From assembly GCA_000965745.1 (NCBI GenBank), contig CP009479.1, positions 896,001 through 960,000 of the forward strand: a stretch of 64,000 nucleotides of DNA, in the 5' to 3' direction. The notes below the pieces were generated by a model. That model saw only the letters and a list, made by a program, of their open reading frames with translations, searched no databases and was not told the origin of the DNA. Below are positions 39,302-49,366 of the stretch, in pieces. This stretch comes from an uncultured archaeon (lineage in GTDB: Archaea; Thermoplasmatota; Thermoplasmata; Thermoplasmatales; Thermoplasmataceae). Position 1 is the stretch's first letter, and every line of letters starts with the position of its first letter. A program made the translations under genes and the position numbers.

Positions 39302-39814
39302 CTAAAAATCTTTCCAGCCGATGAACCAGTATTCATTCTCAATTGTATGGTACGAGTTCTCCCTGAAGTATTGCTTCACCACAGATTCTGATCTTTCGAG
39401 GTCCTCAGGGCTATGCGGATTGGACATCCCAGCTGAATTCCTATTCCAGTCAGCGACTATCAGCCTCCTTGATGTTACTCTCTCCATGTTTCTCAAGCCC
39501 TGTTCAGGTGAAGCGAGATGGTGCATGGATGATATAGAAATGGTGGAGTCAAACTCATTGTCCTCAAACGGCGGATCATCAATGTTCTCTCTCAGCAGCT
39601 TAAGCCTGCCGGTTGCTATCTCAGTTTCATATTTATCCTCAAGCTCACTGAAAGTCCATGCCTCAGGATCAATGCTTACAAGACTGCATCCGGTCGTTGT
39701 GAGAACCTGGTCCACTACAGCACCGAAGCCGGTTCCAACATCCAGAACGGAGTTGCCTTCAATTCTCAGGGCGGCTTCTTTTGCTATTTCCTCTAGGCTA
39801 TCATATTCTGGCAT
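39302..39814 (-). CDS. Small class I SAM-dependent methyltransferase
   Basis: VLDVGTGFG, PFEDNEFD and SMHH motifs. Confidence 0.85.
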   Translation of the reverse strand: MPEYDSLEEIAKEAALRIEGNSVLDVGTGFGAVVDQVLTTTGCSLVSIDPEAWTFSELEDKYETEIATGRLKLLRENIDDPPFEDNEFDSTISISSMHHLASPEQGLRNMERVTSRRLIVADWNRNSAGMSNPHSPEDLERSESVVKQYFRENSYHTIENEYWFIGWKDF

Positions 39815-39857
39815 AACTGGACAAATTTTTCAGGCTGATTAATTTTTTGAGACTCTG

Positions 39858-41168
39858 CTATGGAATAATCAGGAATGTCAACCACAGTGAGATCAGCGTT
39901 AAGGAAAGCACAGGCAACCCGACTGCCAGGCCAACTTTTGTGTAATAGAGCCCTGAAACCCTGGCAACCTTTTTCTTCTCCAGAGAATGGATCCAGAGTA
40001 GTGTGGCAAGGGAACCTATGACGGTGAATTTTGGGCCTATGTCGTTGGCTATGACGTTGGTGTAGATCATCATGCTGCTGGCGGAAAGGTGGCTCAGTGA
40101 CAGATTTATGATCATCACGGAGGGCATATTATTCATCAATGCAGCAACCAAGGCAAAAAAGAGCCCAGAAGAGAGGACCGACAATGGCCCTGGAAGATTC
40201 TGCAGATGGGAAACTACATTTGCGAGGACTACTGTAACACCTTCTCTGCCCATTCCGAATACTATTATGTACATTCCGAGGGAGAAGAGGACAATCTGCC
40301 AGGGAGCATTCATTATTGCGGACTTCACATCAATCTTCCTGCTCATAATAGAGATTATTGTGAGGATTGCAACTGCAGGAACAGAGATGAGTGCGACCGG
40401 GATTCCTATGGCACCGCCAAGGGCGTAAACGGTTACTAGTATTATGATGAAGGGTGCAGCAATCCTGAAAACTAGGGGATCCCGTATTTCTTCCCTGGAG
40501 AACGTCACTTCATGATCATATTCGGTAATTATGGACTTCCTGTAGAAAATCCAGAGAAAGGCTATGCTTGATAAAATTGCAACAAGGTCCGGTATCAGCA
40601 TCACAATGCTGTATTCCAGGAAAGATATGCTGAAATAGCTGGCAGTTACTATGTTGACCAGGTTGCTGACAACAAAGGGCATGCTTGCGGCGTCGGCTAT
40701 AAAGCCTGTTGCCATAATAAAAGGCAGAATACCCTCCTTTTTGGCCCCTATCCGGACAAGTATTGAATACACAATAGGGGTGAGCACCAGAGCCGTGCCG
40801 TCGTTCGCAAAAAAGGCTGATATCAGGGCGCCAAGGAGAATTATGAACACGAAAAGCCTTCTGCCGCTTCCCTTAGAGAATCTTACGAATTTAACTGCAA
40901 GATATTCAAAAAAGCCAGCCTCATCAAAGATCAGGGAAGCAATTATTATTGCCACCAAGGTGAATGTGGCATTCCACACTATGCCCCATACTATCTCGAC
41001 ATCCCTGAATGTGGTTATTCCCAATGCAAGAGTGATCCCTGCTCCCAACAGTGCAGAATATCCAATTCCTATTCCGTAAGGCCTCTTTATAACCAGGAAG
41101 AGGGTAAGTGCAAAGATTGCTAAAGAAATGAAGAGATAGGTCTGCGTAAAATCATCCCTGGCGATCAG
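39858..41168 (-). CDS. arsB: Arsenite efflux pump ArsB (start uncertain; frame open to 41168)
   Basis: VWNAT, FANDGTALVLTP, SNLVN, NNMPS and GPKFTVIGSLATLLW motifs. The first TM (LAIFALTLFLVIKRPYGIGIGYSA) lies upstream of the tracked start 41048. Confidence 0.92.
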   Translation of the reverse strand: MIARDDFTQTYLFISLAIFALTLFLVIKRPYGIGIGYSALLGAGITLALGITTFRDVEIVWGIVWNATFTLVAIIIASLIFDEAGFFEYLAVKFVRFSKGSGRRLFVFIILLGALISAFFANDGTALVLTPIVYSILVRIGAKKEGILPFIMATGFIADAASMPFVVSNLVNIVTASYFSISFLEYSIVMLIPDLVAILSSIAFLWIFYRKSIITEYDHEVTFSREEIRDPLVFRIAAPFIIILVTVYALGGAIGIPVALISVPAVAILTIISIMSRKIDVKSAIMNAPWQIVLFSLGMYIIVFGMGREGVTVVLANVVSHLQNLPGPLSVLSSGLFFALVAALMNNMPSVMIINLSLSHLSASSMMIYTNVIANDIGPKFTVIGSLATLLWIHSLEKKKVARVSGLYYTKVGLAVGLPVLSLTLISLWLTFLIIP

Positions 41169-41503
41169 TTGCCCGAAACTTCACTCTCACATTCGACACA
41201 ATTGCAGATCTTACGTATATTTTGGCCTGCCTCTTCTCCGAAATTAAGCAGAGAGACGATCGACTCATCCGACAGCCGGTATACAATATTCTTCCCCGAT
41301 CTGAAGCTGGAGACCAACCCGTTTTCGCGAAGGTCTTTCAATTTATGTGAAACCAGGGTCTGAGAAACCCCGACCTCAGACATTATATCACTAACACATT
41401 TTTCACTGCCAGAAAGTATCTTGAGTATTTTCAGCTTAGTGTCATCAGCCAGCATTTTGTAAATTGTAAGGTCGCCAATATTGCCGATGTGCATGTAAAT
41501 CAC
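41165..41503 (-). CDS. arsR: ArsR/SmtB family repressor
   Basis: EKCVSDI, SQTLVSHKL..L...GLV motifs, C-terminal CNCVEC; directly upstream of arsB. Confidence 0.88.
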   Translation of the reverse strand: MIYMHIGNIGDLTIYKMLADDTKLKILKILSGSEKCVSDIMSEVGVSQTLVSHKLKDLRENGLVSSFRSGKNIVYRLSDESIVSLLNFGEEAGQNIRKICNCVECESEVSGN

Positions 41504-41517
41504 ATTAGTTATTTTTC

Positions 41518-41537
41518 ATATGAATATAGATTCATAT
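41518..41537. promoter_or_regulatory. ArsR/SmtB-type operator palindrome
   Basis: ATATGAAT-ATAG-ATTCATAT is a perfect 8-4-8 dyad with a TGAA-N6-TTCA core. Confidence 0.7.
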
Positions 41538-41599
41538 TTAATACAATCCTATCCAGTTAAGCTACAAAACGAATATCATCATGAGCCAAATCGTAATTT

Positions 41600-42292
41600 G
41601 TGAAAGTTCTAATCATCTCAGATATTCATGGAAACTATGAAGCATTGAAGGCAGTAATGGAACTCGAATCATACGATCAGCTTGTTTTTCTTGGTGATGC
41701 TGTGGATTATGGCCCACAACCTGCAGAAGTTGTGGACTTTCTCCATGAAAACTCAACCTTCAACCTCATGGGAAACCATGATTATGCAGTTGCTTACAAC
41801 GAAGACTGCAAGTGTTCCCCGCTGATGCATGATTTAAGCGTGTTCTCACGTGAAGAGATTTCAAACAAGCTTCTAGGCCCGACGGACCTGCAGAAAATAA
41901 AGGAATTTAAAACACACATCGAGACAGAAATAGGCGGCTTGAAAATATACATGGCGCATGCCTCTCCTTACAACAACATGTATGGATATCTGTTCTCAAC
42001 TGAGGCTGAAATGGTGAGCAGGGACAAAAAACTGGCAGACTTCTCTTACATTATGGTAGGCCACACTCACTTCCCCATGTTCTACAAGGGCAGGATATTG
42101 AACCCTGGAAGCGCTGGCCAGCCGAGAGACGGTTTTTGGAAGCCATGGTATTCTGTCCTGGAGACTGAGGAAACGAGAGTGGAATTCAAGAGATTCAGGT
42201 ATGACAACCAGAAGGTCATCAATCAGCTCAAAGAACTTATAGACACCGAAAATCCCCATTTCAAGGAACTGGTAAAATTTTATTCTTCCTGA
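41600..42292 (+). CDS. Metallophosphoesterase (YfcE/calcineurin-like)
   Basis: SDIHGN, GDAVDYG, GNHD, GHTH and NPGSAGQPRDG motifs. Confidence 0.92.
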   Translation: MKVLIISDIHGNYEALKAVMELESYDQLVFLGDAVDYGPQPAEVVDFLHENSTFNLMGNHDYAVAYNEDCKCSPLMHDLSVFSREEISNKLLGPTDLQKIKEFKTHIETEIGGLKIYMAHASPYNNMYGYLFSTEAEMVSRDKKLADFSYIMVGHTHFPMFYKGRILNPGSAGQPRDGFWKPWYSVLETEETRVEFKRFRYDNQKVINQLKELIDTENPHFKELVKFYSS

Positions 42293-42463
42293 AACCAACC
42301 ACCGGCCCAACCTTTTTTCACCCAGGATTGGACAACGTGCTTAACTGGGTGTATTTAATCATTGCCAATGTAGAAAATATATAATTATATATCCAATATA
42401 GTTAGATATATAATATTTGGACATCTTATATATCATTTCCAAGAATCTTCACCTGAAAATCAC

Positions 42464-43540
42464 ATGAACACAAGAAACGTAGCAATAACAATAATTGTTG
42501 CAGTGATCGTAGTGGTTGCAGGTGTAGTAGCCTATGAGCATTTCAGCTCGGGCACCAGCGCACCAAAACAGACCATCACAGAAGCTGGATCAAGCCTGCT
42601 CTTCCCGGTATTTAATTCATGGGCAGGAAACTACACTAATGCAAGCATTCAACCCGCCGCAGGCGGCAGTGGACTTGGAATCTCACAGGCAATAACAGGA
42701 CAGACTGACATAGGAGCTTCAGATGCATATTTGCCGGAAGCTACAGCGAACGCAAACCCGTATGTTATGAACATTCCGATTCTGATATCTTATCAGTACA
42801 TAGCATACAATGTTCCCGGAATCAACAACGTTCATCTGAACCTTTCTGCTAACGTAATTGCTGGCATATACATGGGAAAAATAACCAACTGGAACGATTC
42901 TGCAATTCGGGCTGCCAACCATGGCGTGAACCTGCCAGACCATTCAATATCGCCTATACACAGGTCTGACGGAAGTGGAGATACCTTCATGTTCACATCA
43001 TTCCTGAGCAAGGGGAACTCAACCTGGAATACAACCATTGGAGCCTCCACAGCACCCAACTGGCCAAGTGTTTCAAAAGCGTTGACTGGAGACGGTAACA
43101 CTGGAATCATAGCAACAATGAAATCCAACCAATACAGCATAGGGTACATTGCAGCAACATACAACAAGACAGTGACAGCCGATGGATTCGGAATAGCACA
43201 CCTCCAGAACAGAGATGGGAAATACGTGTCACCAACAGTGCAGAATGTAATCACAGCAGCCTCAAAGTATCTCAATGACATACCTGCAAGCGGAACGATA
43301 GCACTTCAGTACGCTCCAGGGCCAACTTCCTACCCGATAGCAGACATGGAATACGTCATAGTGAAACAGAACCAGACCAGCCAGGCAAAGGCAACGGCAA
43401 TGCAGGACTTCCTGAAATGGGCAGTCAGTTCAACAGGCGGAAGCCAGTCAAAGTATCTTGATCAGCTTGATCTTGCACCACTGCCACCAGCTGTCGTGAA
43501 CAACGTGACAATACCGCTGATAAACAAGATAGCTGGTTGA
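42464..43540 (+). CDS. pstS: Phosphate ABC substrate-binding protein
   Basis: GSSLLFP, GSGLG, GASDA and HRSDGSGDT motifs. Confidence 0.93.
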   Translation: MNTRNVAITIIVAVIVVVAGVVAYEHFSSGTSAPKQTITEAGSSLLFPVFNSWAGNYTNASIQPAAGGSGLGISQAITGQTDIGASDAYLPEATANANPYVMNIPILISYQYIAYNVPGINNVHLNLSANVIAGIYMGKITNWNDSAIRAANHGVNLPDHSISPIHRSDGSGDTFMFTSFLSKGNSTWNTTIGASTAPNWPSVSKALTGDGNTGIIATMKSNQYSIGYIAATYNKTVTADGFGIAHLQNRDGKYVSPTVQNVITAASKYLNDIPASGTIALQYAPGPTSYPIADMEYVIVKQNQTSQAKATAMQDFLKWAVSSTGGSQSKYLDQLDLAPLPPAVVNNVTIPLINKIAG

Positions 43541-43553
43541 ACTGGAGGAAAAT

Positions 43554-44531
43554 ATGAATACAAAAAACAAATCTTTTAATTTTTTAACTTTTTTAATGGC
43601 CATAGTACCAGCTTTCGTGCTTCTTTCAATTGTTGGGTTTGTTTTCTACTACTCTATCCCGGCAATAAAATTCATGGGAATCAACTTCTTCACAACATTT
43701 CTTTGGAACCCTGGGATTCAGTCAAAGCCGCCTGAGGTAGTCAATGGGGTACTAGCACCGTTCGGTGCGTCATTCGGAATACTTCTCTTCCTTCTGGGAA
43801 CAGTCGTTACATCACTTCTCGCACTTCTAATAGCCTTCCCGCTCAGCTTTTTACTCGCCTTGACGATTGAACTCTATACACCACTGAGACTAAAAAGAGG
43901 ACTGATCTCATTAGTTGAGCTATTTGCAGGGATACCAAGCGTGGTTTACGGACTTTGGGGGATCGTTGTTCTTGAGCCGGTTTTACTTAACAGTGTGGAG
44001 CCATGGATGAGTGCAAACCTATCCTTTATCCCGGGATTTTCGGGTGAAGTATACACTGGGGCCGGCATAATCGCTTCCGGAATAATTCTGAGCATAATGA
44101 TCGCGCCAATTATAACATCTGTAATGGTCAACAGCTTCGACACAGCGCCTGAAGGCATCAAGAGGGGAATAATATCATTGGGGGCAACAAAATGGGAACT
44201 TGGAAAGTATCTCATTACCAATTATTCAAGATCATCAACATACGGAGGCACCCTTCTTGGACTCGGCAGAGCGCTCGGAGAGACCATGGCAGTACTGATG
44301 GTAAGCGGAGGACTGGTCAACGTATACCCGGGAAGCATATATTCGGCCATAAACACAATGGCAGCTCACATAGCGTCTTATCTCGACAGTGCATTCTTCG
44401 ACAGCACAGGGATGAATGTTGCCGCACTAGCATATCTTGGCTTGGTGCTTATGGGAATCTCCCTAGTTGTAAACATCATTGGAAGAAAGATCGCCGGAAG
44501 AGGTGTATTGAGGGGGTATGAAAGTGATTAG
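43554..44531 (+). CDS. pstC: Phosphate ABC permease PstC
   Basis: AGIPSVVYGLWG and LGRALGETMAV motifs. Confidence 0.93.
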   Translation: MNTKNKSFNFLTFLMAIVPAFVLLSIVGFVFYYSIPAIKFMGINFFTTFLWNPGIQSKPPEVVNGVLAPFGASFGILLFLLGTVVTSLLALLIAFPLSFLLALTIELYTPLRLKRGLISLVELFAGIPSVVYGLWGIVVLEPVLLNSVEPWMSANLSFIPGFSGEVYTGAGIIASGIILSIMIAPIITSVMVNSFDTAPEGIKRGIISLGATKWELGKYLITNYSRSSTYGGTLLGLGRALGETMAVLMVSGGLVNVYPGSIYSAINTMAAHIASYLDSAFFDSTGMNVAALAYLGLVLMGISLVVNIIGRKIAGRGVLRGYESD

Positions 44532-45390
44532 CAACGATGAGCGGGCGTCTGTAACGTGGAAAAACATCAAGACAAGAAGAGGCAAGGATGGTGCGGCCAG
44601 AGCTCTAGGCTACCTTGCCCTGCTGGTCATGTTTGGAATACTTGCATCTATTTTTGGCTACATAATGAGGGGTGGAGCTACCCACATAACAATTCAGATG
44701 CTTACAACTGTTGGAAACGGCTCGACCGGCGGGCTTCTTAACGCCATAGTCGGTACGTGGCTTCTCGTTGGTGTGGGCCTAGTATTCTCATTGCCTCCGG
44801 GGATACTAGGGGCCCTTTACTTTGTGCAGAGGAAATCCATGACCAGGATGGCATCAATAATGAGGATGTTTACGGATGTCCTCACAAGTGTGCCGTCAAT
44901 AGTCATAGGACTGTTCGGCTACCTTGTTCTCGTTATAAGGTTCAACATGGGCTTCTCACTGACGGCAGGGGGCATGGCCCTTGGAGTGATGATGCTACCA
45001 TATATCCTTAGAGTTTCCGAACTTTCCATGAAAGATGTGTCAAAGGAACAGGTTGCCAACGCGTATGCACTCGGAGCGGACGATATCCAGGTAGCGACGA
45101 GGATATACATACCACAGGCAATAGCCGGAGTATTATCAGGAATCCTGCTTGCAATCAGCATAGCAGCAGGAGAAACAGCACAACTTCTCTATACGGCGTC
45201 ATGGAACAATAGTTTCACGAGCGGATTTTTGCACTCTCGTGTAGCGTACCTGACCTATGTGGTGTGGTACGGAATTGATCAGCCGGGGCAGTCTGCACAC
45301 AACCTGGCGTTTGTTGCAGCGTTGATACTCATATTGACAGTAACCGCGTTGATCGTGATATCAAAATATGTTAACTACAAAAGGAGGTAA
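44518..45390 (+). CDS. pstA: Phosphate ABC permease PstA
   Basis: VPSIVIGLFG and AGETA motifs. Confidence 0.92.
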   Translation: MKVISNDERASVTWKNIKTRRGKDGAARALGYLALLVMFGILASIFGYIMRGGATHITIQMLTTVGNGSTGGLLNAIVGTWLLVGVGLVFSLPPGILGALYFVQRKSMTRMASIMRMFTDVLTSVPSIVIGLFGYLVLVIRFNMGFSLTAGGMALGVMMLPYILRVSELSMKDVSKEQVANAYALGADDIQVATRIYIPQAIAGVLSGILLAISIAAGETAQLLYTASWNNSFTSGFLHSRVAYLTYVVWYGIDQPGQSAHNLAFVAALILILTVTALIVISKYVNYKRR

Positions 45391-45395
45391 ATAAA

Positions 45396-46145
45396 ATGGA
45401 AAAGATAATAGAAATAAAGAATCTGAACGTAAAAGCAGGAAAGAAAGAGATTCTGAAGGATGTAAAACTAAACATCTACAGAAACAAAATAAACACCATA
45501 GTCGGACCCTCCGGCGGAGGCAAGAGTACGCTGTTGAGATGTCTGAACAGGCTCACTGAACTCGAACCCAACTTTGAGATCAGGGGTGAGATCCTCTTCA
45601 ACGGCAAGGAACTGAGGGAATACAGCGACATAGAAGTCAGAAGACAGATTGGAATGGTATTCCAGAGGCCGAATCCATTCCCCATGTCAATCTATGATAA
45701 TGTGGCATTCGGAGTCAGGCTGCAGGGCAACGTGAAGAAGGAGAAACTTGACGAAATGGTCAGGACATCCCTTGAAGAAGCTGGACTCTGGGATGAGGTC
45801 AAGGATGACCTTAAAAGGTCCGCGTTCACGCTTTCAGGAGGTCAGCAGCAGAGACTCTGCATTGCCAGGGCGCTCGTTCTGAGGCCGGAGATCCTCATGA
45901 TGGATGAGCCAACCAGTTCCCTGGACCCTGCGGCAAAGGCAAAAGTTGAGGACCTGATGCTTGATCTTAAAGAAAAATACACCGTAGTGCTCGTGACCCA
46001 TGACATAATACAGGCGAGAAAAGTTTCTGACTACACTGCAATGATATTCAACGGAAAAATTGTTGCAACGGGAGAAGGAAGAGACCTGTTGGAGGAATCC
46101 TCCAGTGATTCCGTGAAATCCTTTCTTGGATCAGTTATGGCATGA
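45396..46145 (+). CDS. pstB: Phosphate ABC ATP-binding protein PstB
   Basis: GPSGGGKS, GMVFQRPNPFPMSIYDNV and LSGGQQQRLCIAR motifs. Confidence 0.95.
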   Translation: MEKIIEIKNLNVKAGKKEILKDVKLNIYRNKINTIVGPSGGGKSTLLRCLNRLTELEPNFEIRGEILFNGKELREYSDIEVRRQIGMVFQRPNPFPMSIYDNVAFGVRLQGNVKKEKLDEMVRTSLEEAGLWDEVKDDLKRSAFTLSGGQQQRLCIARALVLRPEILMMDEPTSSLDPAAKAKVEDLMLDLKEKYTVVLVTHDIIQARKVSDYTAMIFNGKIVATGEGRDLLEESSSDSVKSFLGSVMA

Positions 46146-46212
46146 GCAGGGCAATGAGGACGATTTGTAGTTAAGTCCTCTACTATTTATTTCATTTAGA
46201 GATGGTGATCTT

Positions 46213-46809
46213 GTGCATTATACAGAGATTCTAGTCGCAAGACATGGAGAGACGGACTGGAACAACAGCGGAAAGTGGCAGGGAGACAGCGACATACCGC
46301 TCAATGCGAAAGGCATGGAGCAAGCGAGGGAACTCGCCGGCAGATTATTGAAAGAAGATATCAGGTATATTTATTCCAGCGACCTCAGCAGGGCCAGGAC
46401 AACTGCTGAAATTGTAAGAAAAATTATCTCTTCATACGGCGTCTACGAGGAAAAGGGGCTCAGGGAAAGAAGCCTGGGAAAATTTGAGGGGTGGTCTGCT
46501 GAGCAGGTAGCCAGATACATGGGCATCCCCGAAGAAGAAGCCTACCGTCTTGAGACCGATGAACTTATGATCGACACCTTCCCGACAGTCGAGAGATGGG
46601 CCGACTTTGTAAACAGGGTCTGGGAATCGCTGAACGACATAGCAGACAAGCATACAGGGTCCAAATGCCTGGTTGTTGCCCATGGCGGAGTGCTGAGGGC
46701 TATAACAATGAAGCTCGGCAACGGCGAAGGGACACGATTAAATTTTGAAAACACTGAATTCGTCAGGCTTTCGTTCGATGGGGAAAGGATATCCCTTATC
46801 GGGGAATAA
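46213..46809 (+). CDS. Histidine phosphatase (phosphoglycerate mutase family)
   Basis: RHGETDWN, SSDLSRA and AHGG motifs. Confidence 0.92.
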   Translation: MHYTEILVARHGETDWNNSGKWQGDSDIPLNAKGMEQARELAGRLLKEDIRYIYSSDLSRARTTAEIVRKIISSYGVYEEKGLRERSLGKFEGWSAEQVARYMGIPEEEAYRLETDELMIDTFPTVERWADFVNRVWESLNDIADKHTGSKCLVVAHGGVLRAITMKLGNGEGTRLNFENTEFVRLSFDGERISLIGE

Positions 46810-46850
46810 TTCGCTTTCCTTGTGTCCCGCCCTTCAGGGGAATTCCGGGG

Positions 46851-47624
46851 CTAAAGCCCTGTCTGGACATTCTTGTAGAGCCTCAAAGATATTACGAACA
46901 GTACCACCATTATCACTGTTATGAGCAGCATCTGGTAGGCAGTGGACAAGCCTATACCGTAAACCATTGAGTCACGCACAATATTTGCCACATAACTAAG
47001 CGGGTTTAAGGAAGAGATTATTCTGAGAGCCTCCGGGGTCTCAGAAGTGATTGGGTAGAAGGCGGTGCTCGCAAAGTCCAGTATAAAGAAAAGGAGAATG
47101 GTAAGCGTATTGTAGGCCTGCATGGTTCTGACGAGTATTGAAAGAATCAGGAACAGTGATGAAAACAGTATCGTGCCTGCCACCAGTGAAAGCACAAGGT
47201 AGAGTGAAGAAAGGACGCTGAGTGAAAAACCCCCTGCAATGAAGGTTGCAAGTACCATCATTATAGCACTTCCGCCGAGTGAGAATATTATTGAAACACT
47301 TATTATTCCCAGGAGGTAGTCCGTTCTTCTGAAAGGGCCAACCATAAGTTGTTCGAACATGCCCCATCTCCTGTCTGACCATAGCATTCCACCACCTATA
47401 TTTCCAGCAGTGAATGCCTGCATTCCCACTATTCCAGGAGCAAGGAACTTTGTGTAGGATATTGATTCGTTGTTTATCCCGATTGATGGAATGATTCCTT
47501 GAAACATGATTCCCAGCACCAGCAAATAGAACGCTGGCAATCCAAGCATGAAGAACATTGTGCCTGGGTCAGTGTTGACACTGATGTTTCTGAAGGTCAG
47601 CCTGATGAATGCCGGAATCCTCAT
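46851..47624 (-). CDS. ABC-2 permease (DrrB-like)
   Basis: FLAPGI, STAFYP and NPLSY motifs. Confidence 0.88.
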   Translation of the reverse strand: MRIPAFIRLTFRNISVNTDPGTMFFMLGLPAFYLLVLGIMFQGIIPSIGINNESISYTKFLAPGIVGMQAFTAGNIGGGMLWSDRRWGMFEQLMVGPFRRTDYLLGIISVSIIFSLGGSAIMMVLATFIAGGFSLSVLSSLYLVLSLVAGTILFSSLFLILSILVRTMQAYNTLTILLFFILDFASTAFYPITSETPEALRIISSLNPLSYVANIVRDSMVYGIGLSTAYQMLLITVIMVVLFVISLRLYKNVQTGL

Positions 47625-48574
47625 CGTTTCACAACCTCCAGAAAGACATCGTCGAGGGACGGCGCATCGAATATAATCTGATCAATCTCTATTGACATTG
47701 ATGTAATTTTCTTGATCATAAGGTTAAGTATTCTGCTCATGTTGTTTCCCACGATCCATATCGACCTGCCTCTAACCTGGAAATCCGTGACCCCGTCTGC
47801 ATTCCTGATGAAATCCGAAACATCATTCTTTTCAGCATCTTCAAGCACGTTGTGCATCGTGATTTCCAGCTTCTTTACTGATCCGAACTGGTCCTTCAGC
47901 TGGCGGGAAGTTCCTTCGGCGACGAGCTTTCCGTTGTCTATTATTCCTATGCGGTCACAAATGTAATCTGCTTCCTCAAGTATCTGCGTGGTGAACATAA
48001 CAGTCAGCCCTCCCTTGGCCTTCTCCTTGACGAAATCAAGGACCTTTCTCCTCATAATCGGGTCCATACCGACAGTAGGCTCGTCGAGAAAGAGCACATC
48101 CATGTCGTGTATGAACTCTCTGGCAACCTGGAGCCTTTTCTTCTGCCCGCCTGAAAGCTCAAAGACCCGCTTCCTCCTCAACTCGGAAAGGTTGAACAGT
48201 TCAATAAGCTGATCCATTCTCTCTTTGACAACTGCTTTTGGGACTTCCCACAGCATTCCATAAATCTTGAAATTGTTCTCTACAGTAGTGAAGTCGAAAG
48301 CCTCTTCCTGCTGAACTACTCCAACTATCTTCCGTATGCTGTTGGGCTTCTTTCTGAGATCGAGGCCTGATACGTGCACAGTTCCGGCAGAGGGGGGAAT
48401 AAGCGTCGTGAGAACTTTAATTGTAGTGCTCTTTCCAGCCCCGTTTTTTCCAAGGAGCCCGTAAATCTCGCCCTTCTCCACACTAAAACTCAGATCGTCT
48501 ACTGCATTCTTCTTACCGTCATAGGTCTTCACCAGGTTTCTAACTTCAACAGCTTTCTGAGAGTCTGTGGTCAC
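47621..48574 (-). CDS. ABC ATP-binding protein (DrrA-like)
   Basis: GKNGAGKS, LSGGQ and LDEPT motifs. Confidence 0.93.
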   Translation of the reverse strand: MTTDSQKAVEVRNLVKTYDGKKNAVDDLSFSVEKGEIYGLLGKNGAGKSTTIKVLTTLIPPSAGTVHVSGLDLRKKPNSIRKIVGVVQQEEAFDFTTVENNFKIYGMLWEVPKAVVKERMDQLIELFNLSELRRKRVFELSGGQKKRLQVAREFIHDMDVLFLDEPTVGMDPIMRRKVLDFVKEKAKGGLTVMFTTQILEEADYICDRIGIIDNGKLVAEGTSRQLKDQFGSVKKLEITMHNVLEDAEKNDVSDFIRNADGVTDFQVRGRSIWIVGNNMSRILNLMIKKITSMSIEIDQIIFDAPSLDDVFLEVVKR

Positions 48575-48678
48575 CAGCCCCTATTACAATCTCAATTAAT
48601 AGATTTGCCAGAATTCAAACGCGCAGGGCCAAATCATGCCCGCTTTGGAGGAAAAATATGTTATTTTTGAAAGTGGTT

Positions 48679-49260
48679 TTACTGCTGCTTCAGCAGCTCA
48701 ACCCTTACTTCAAACTTCACTTTGCTGCCCACAAGAACTCCTCCATTGTCAAGGGGGGTGTTCCACTTAAGGCCAAAGTCTTCTCTTACGATCTCACCAT
48801 TGACGTTGATCCCAATCCTTTCGTTCCCCCAGGGATCTTTGGCATTTCCTTCATATTCCCCATCAAGGGTGATTTCCTTTGTTACGTCCCTTACTGTCAG
48901 GTCGCCTGTTATCTTGTACTTGCTGTTTCCAACACTCTCTATTTTCTTTGACACAAAGCTCATCTTGGGGAACTTCTCAGAGTTGAAGAAGTCATCCGAC
49001 CTCAGGTGATTGTCTCTGTCGGGGTCAAGAGTCTCCACAGACGATGTCCCGATTTCTACCCTGGCCACCCCCCGTGTCAGGTCATCAACGTCCCCTTCGT
49101 ACTCCACGTTTATGTCTTTGAACCTTCCCTTTACTGTAGATATCATCATGTGCCTGACTGAAAATTCTGCAGATGAATGTGTAGCGTCCGCTTTCCATAC
49201 TGTCTTTGTCGTTTCCATTTGTTCACCTCCATCTTTCCGCCCCCATACCACTTTCACCAC
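48679..49260 (-). CDS. YceI family protein (likely start ATG 49218)
   Basis: HSSAEFSVRH, RDNHLRSDDFF, DPWG and REDFGL motifs; GGAGGTGA RBS before METTK. Confidence 0.93.
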   Translation of the reverse strand: MVKVVWGRKDGGEQMETTKTVWKADATHSSAEFSVRHMMISTVKGRFKDINVEYEGDVDDLTRGVARVEIGTSSVETLDPDRDNHLRSDDFFNSEKFPKMSFVSKKIESVGNSKYKITGDLTVRDVTKEITLDGEYEGNAKDPWGNERIGINVNGEIVREDFGLKWNTPLDNGGVLVGSKVKFEVRVELLKQQ

Positions 49261-49366
49261 ATTCAGGGTCCAGAAGTCCTGATGCGGATGGTTGTATGGG
49301 TAGTAGCAAGATGCAAGTTGATATAGTAATTATATTTAAATACCTTATGCGACTAAAAGTAATCAG

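Noticed and set aside
39302-39814. ArsM arsenite methyltransferase
   Set aside because: Only 170 aa with a single Cys; it lacks the multiple conserved Cys of ArsM.
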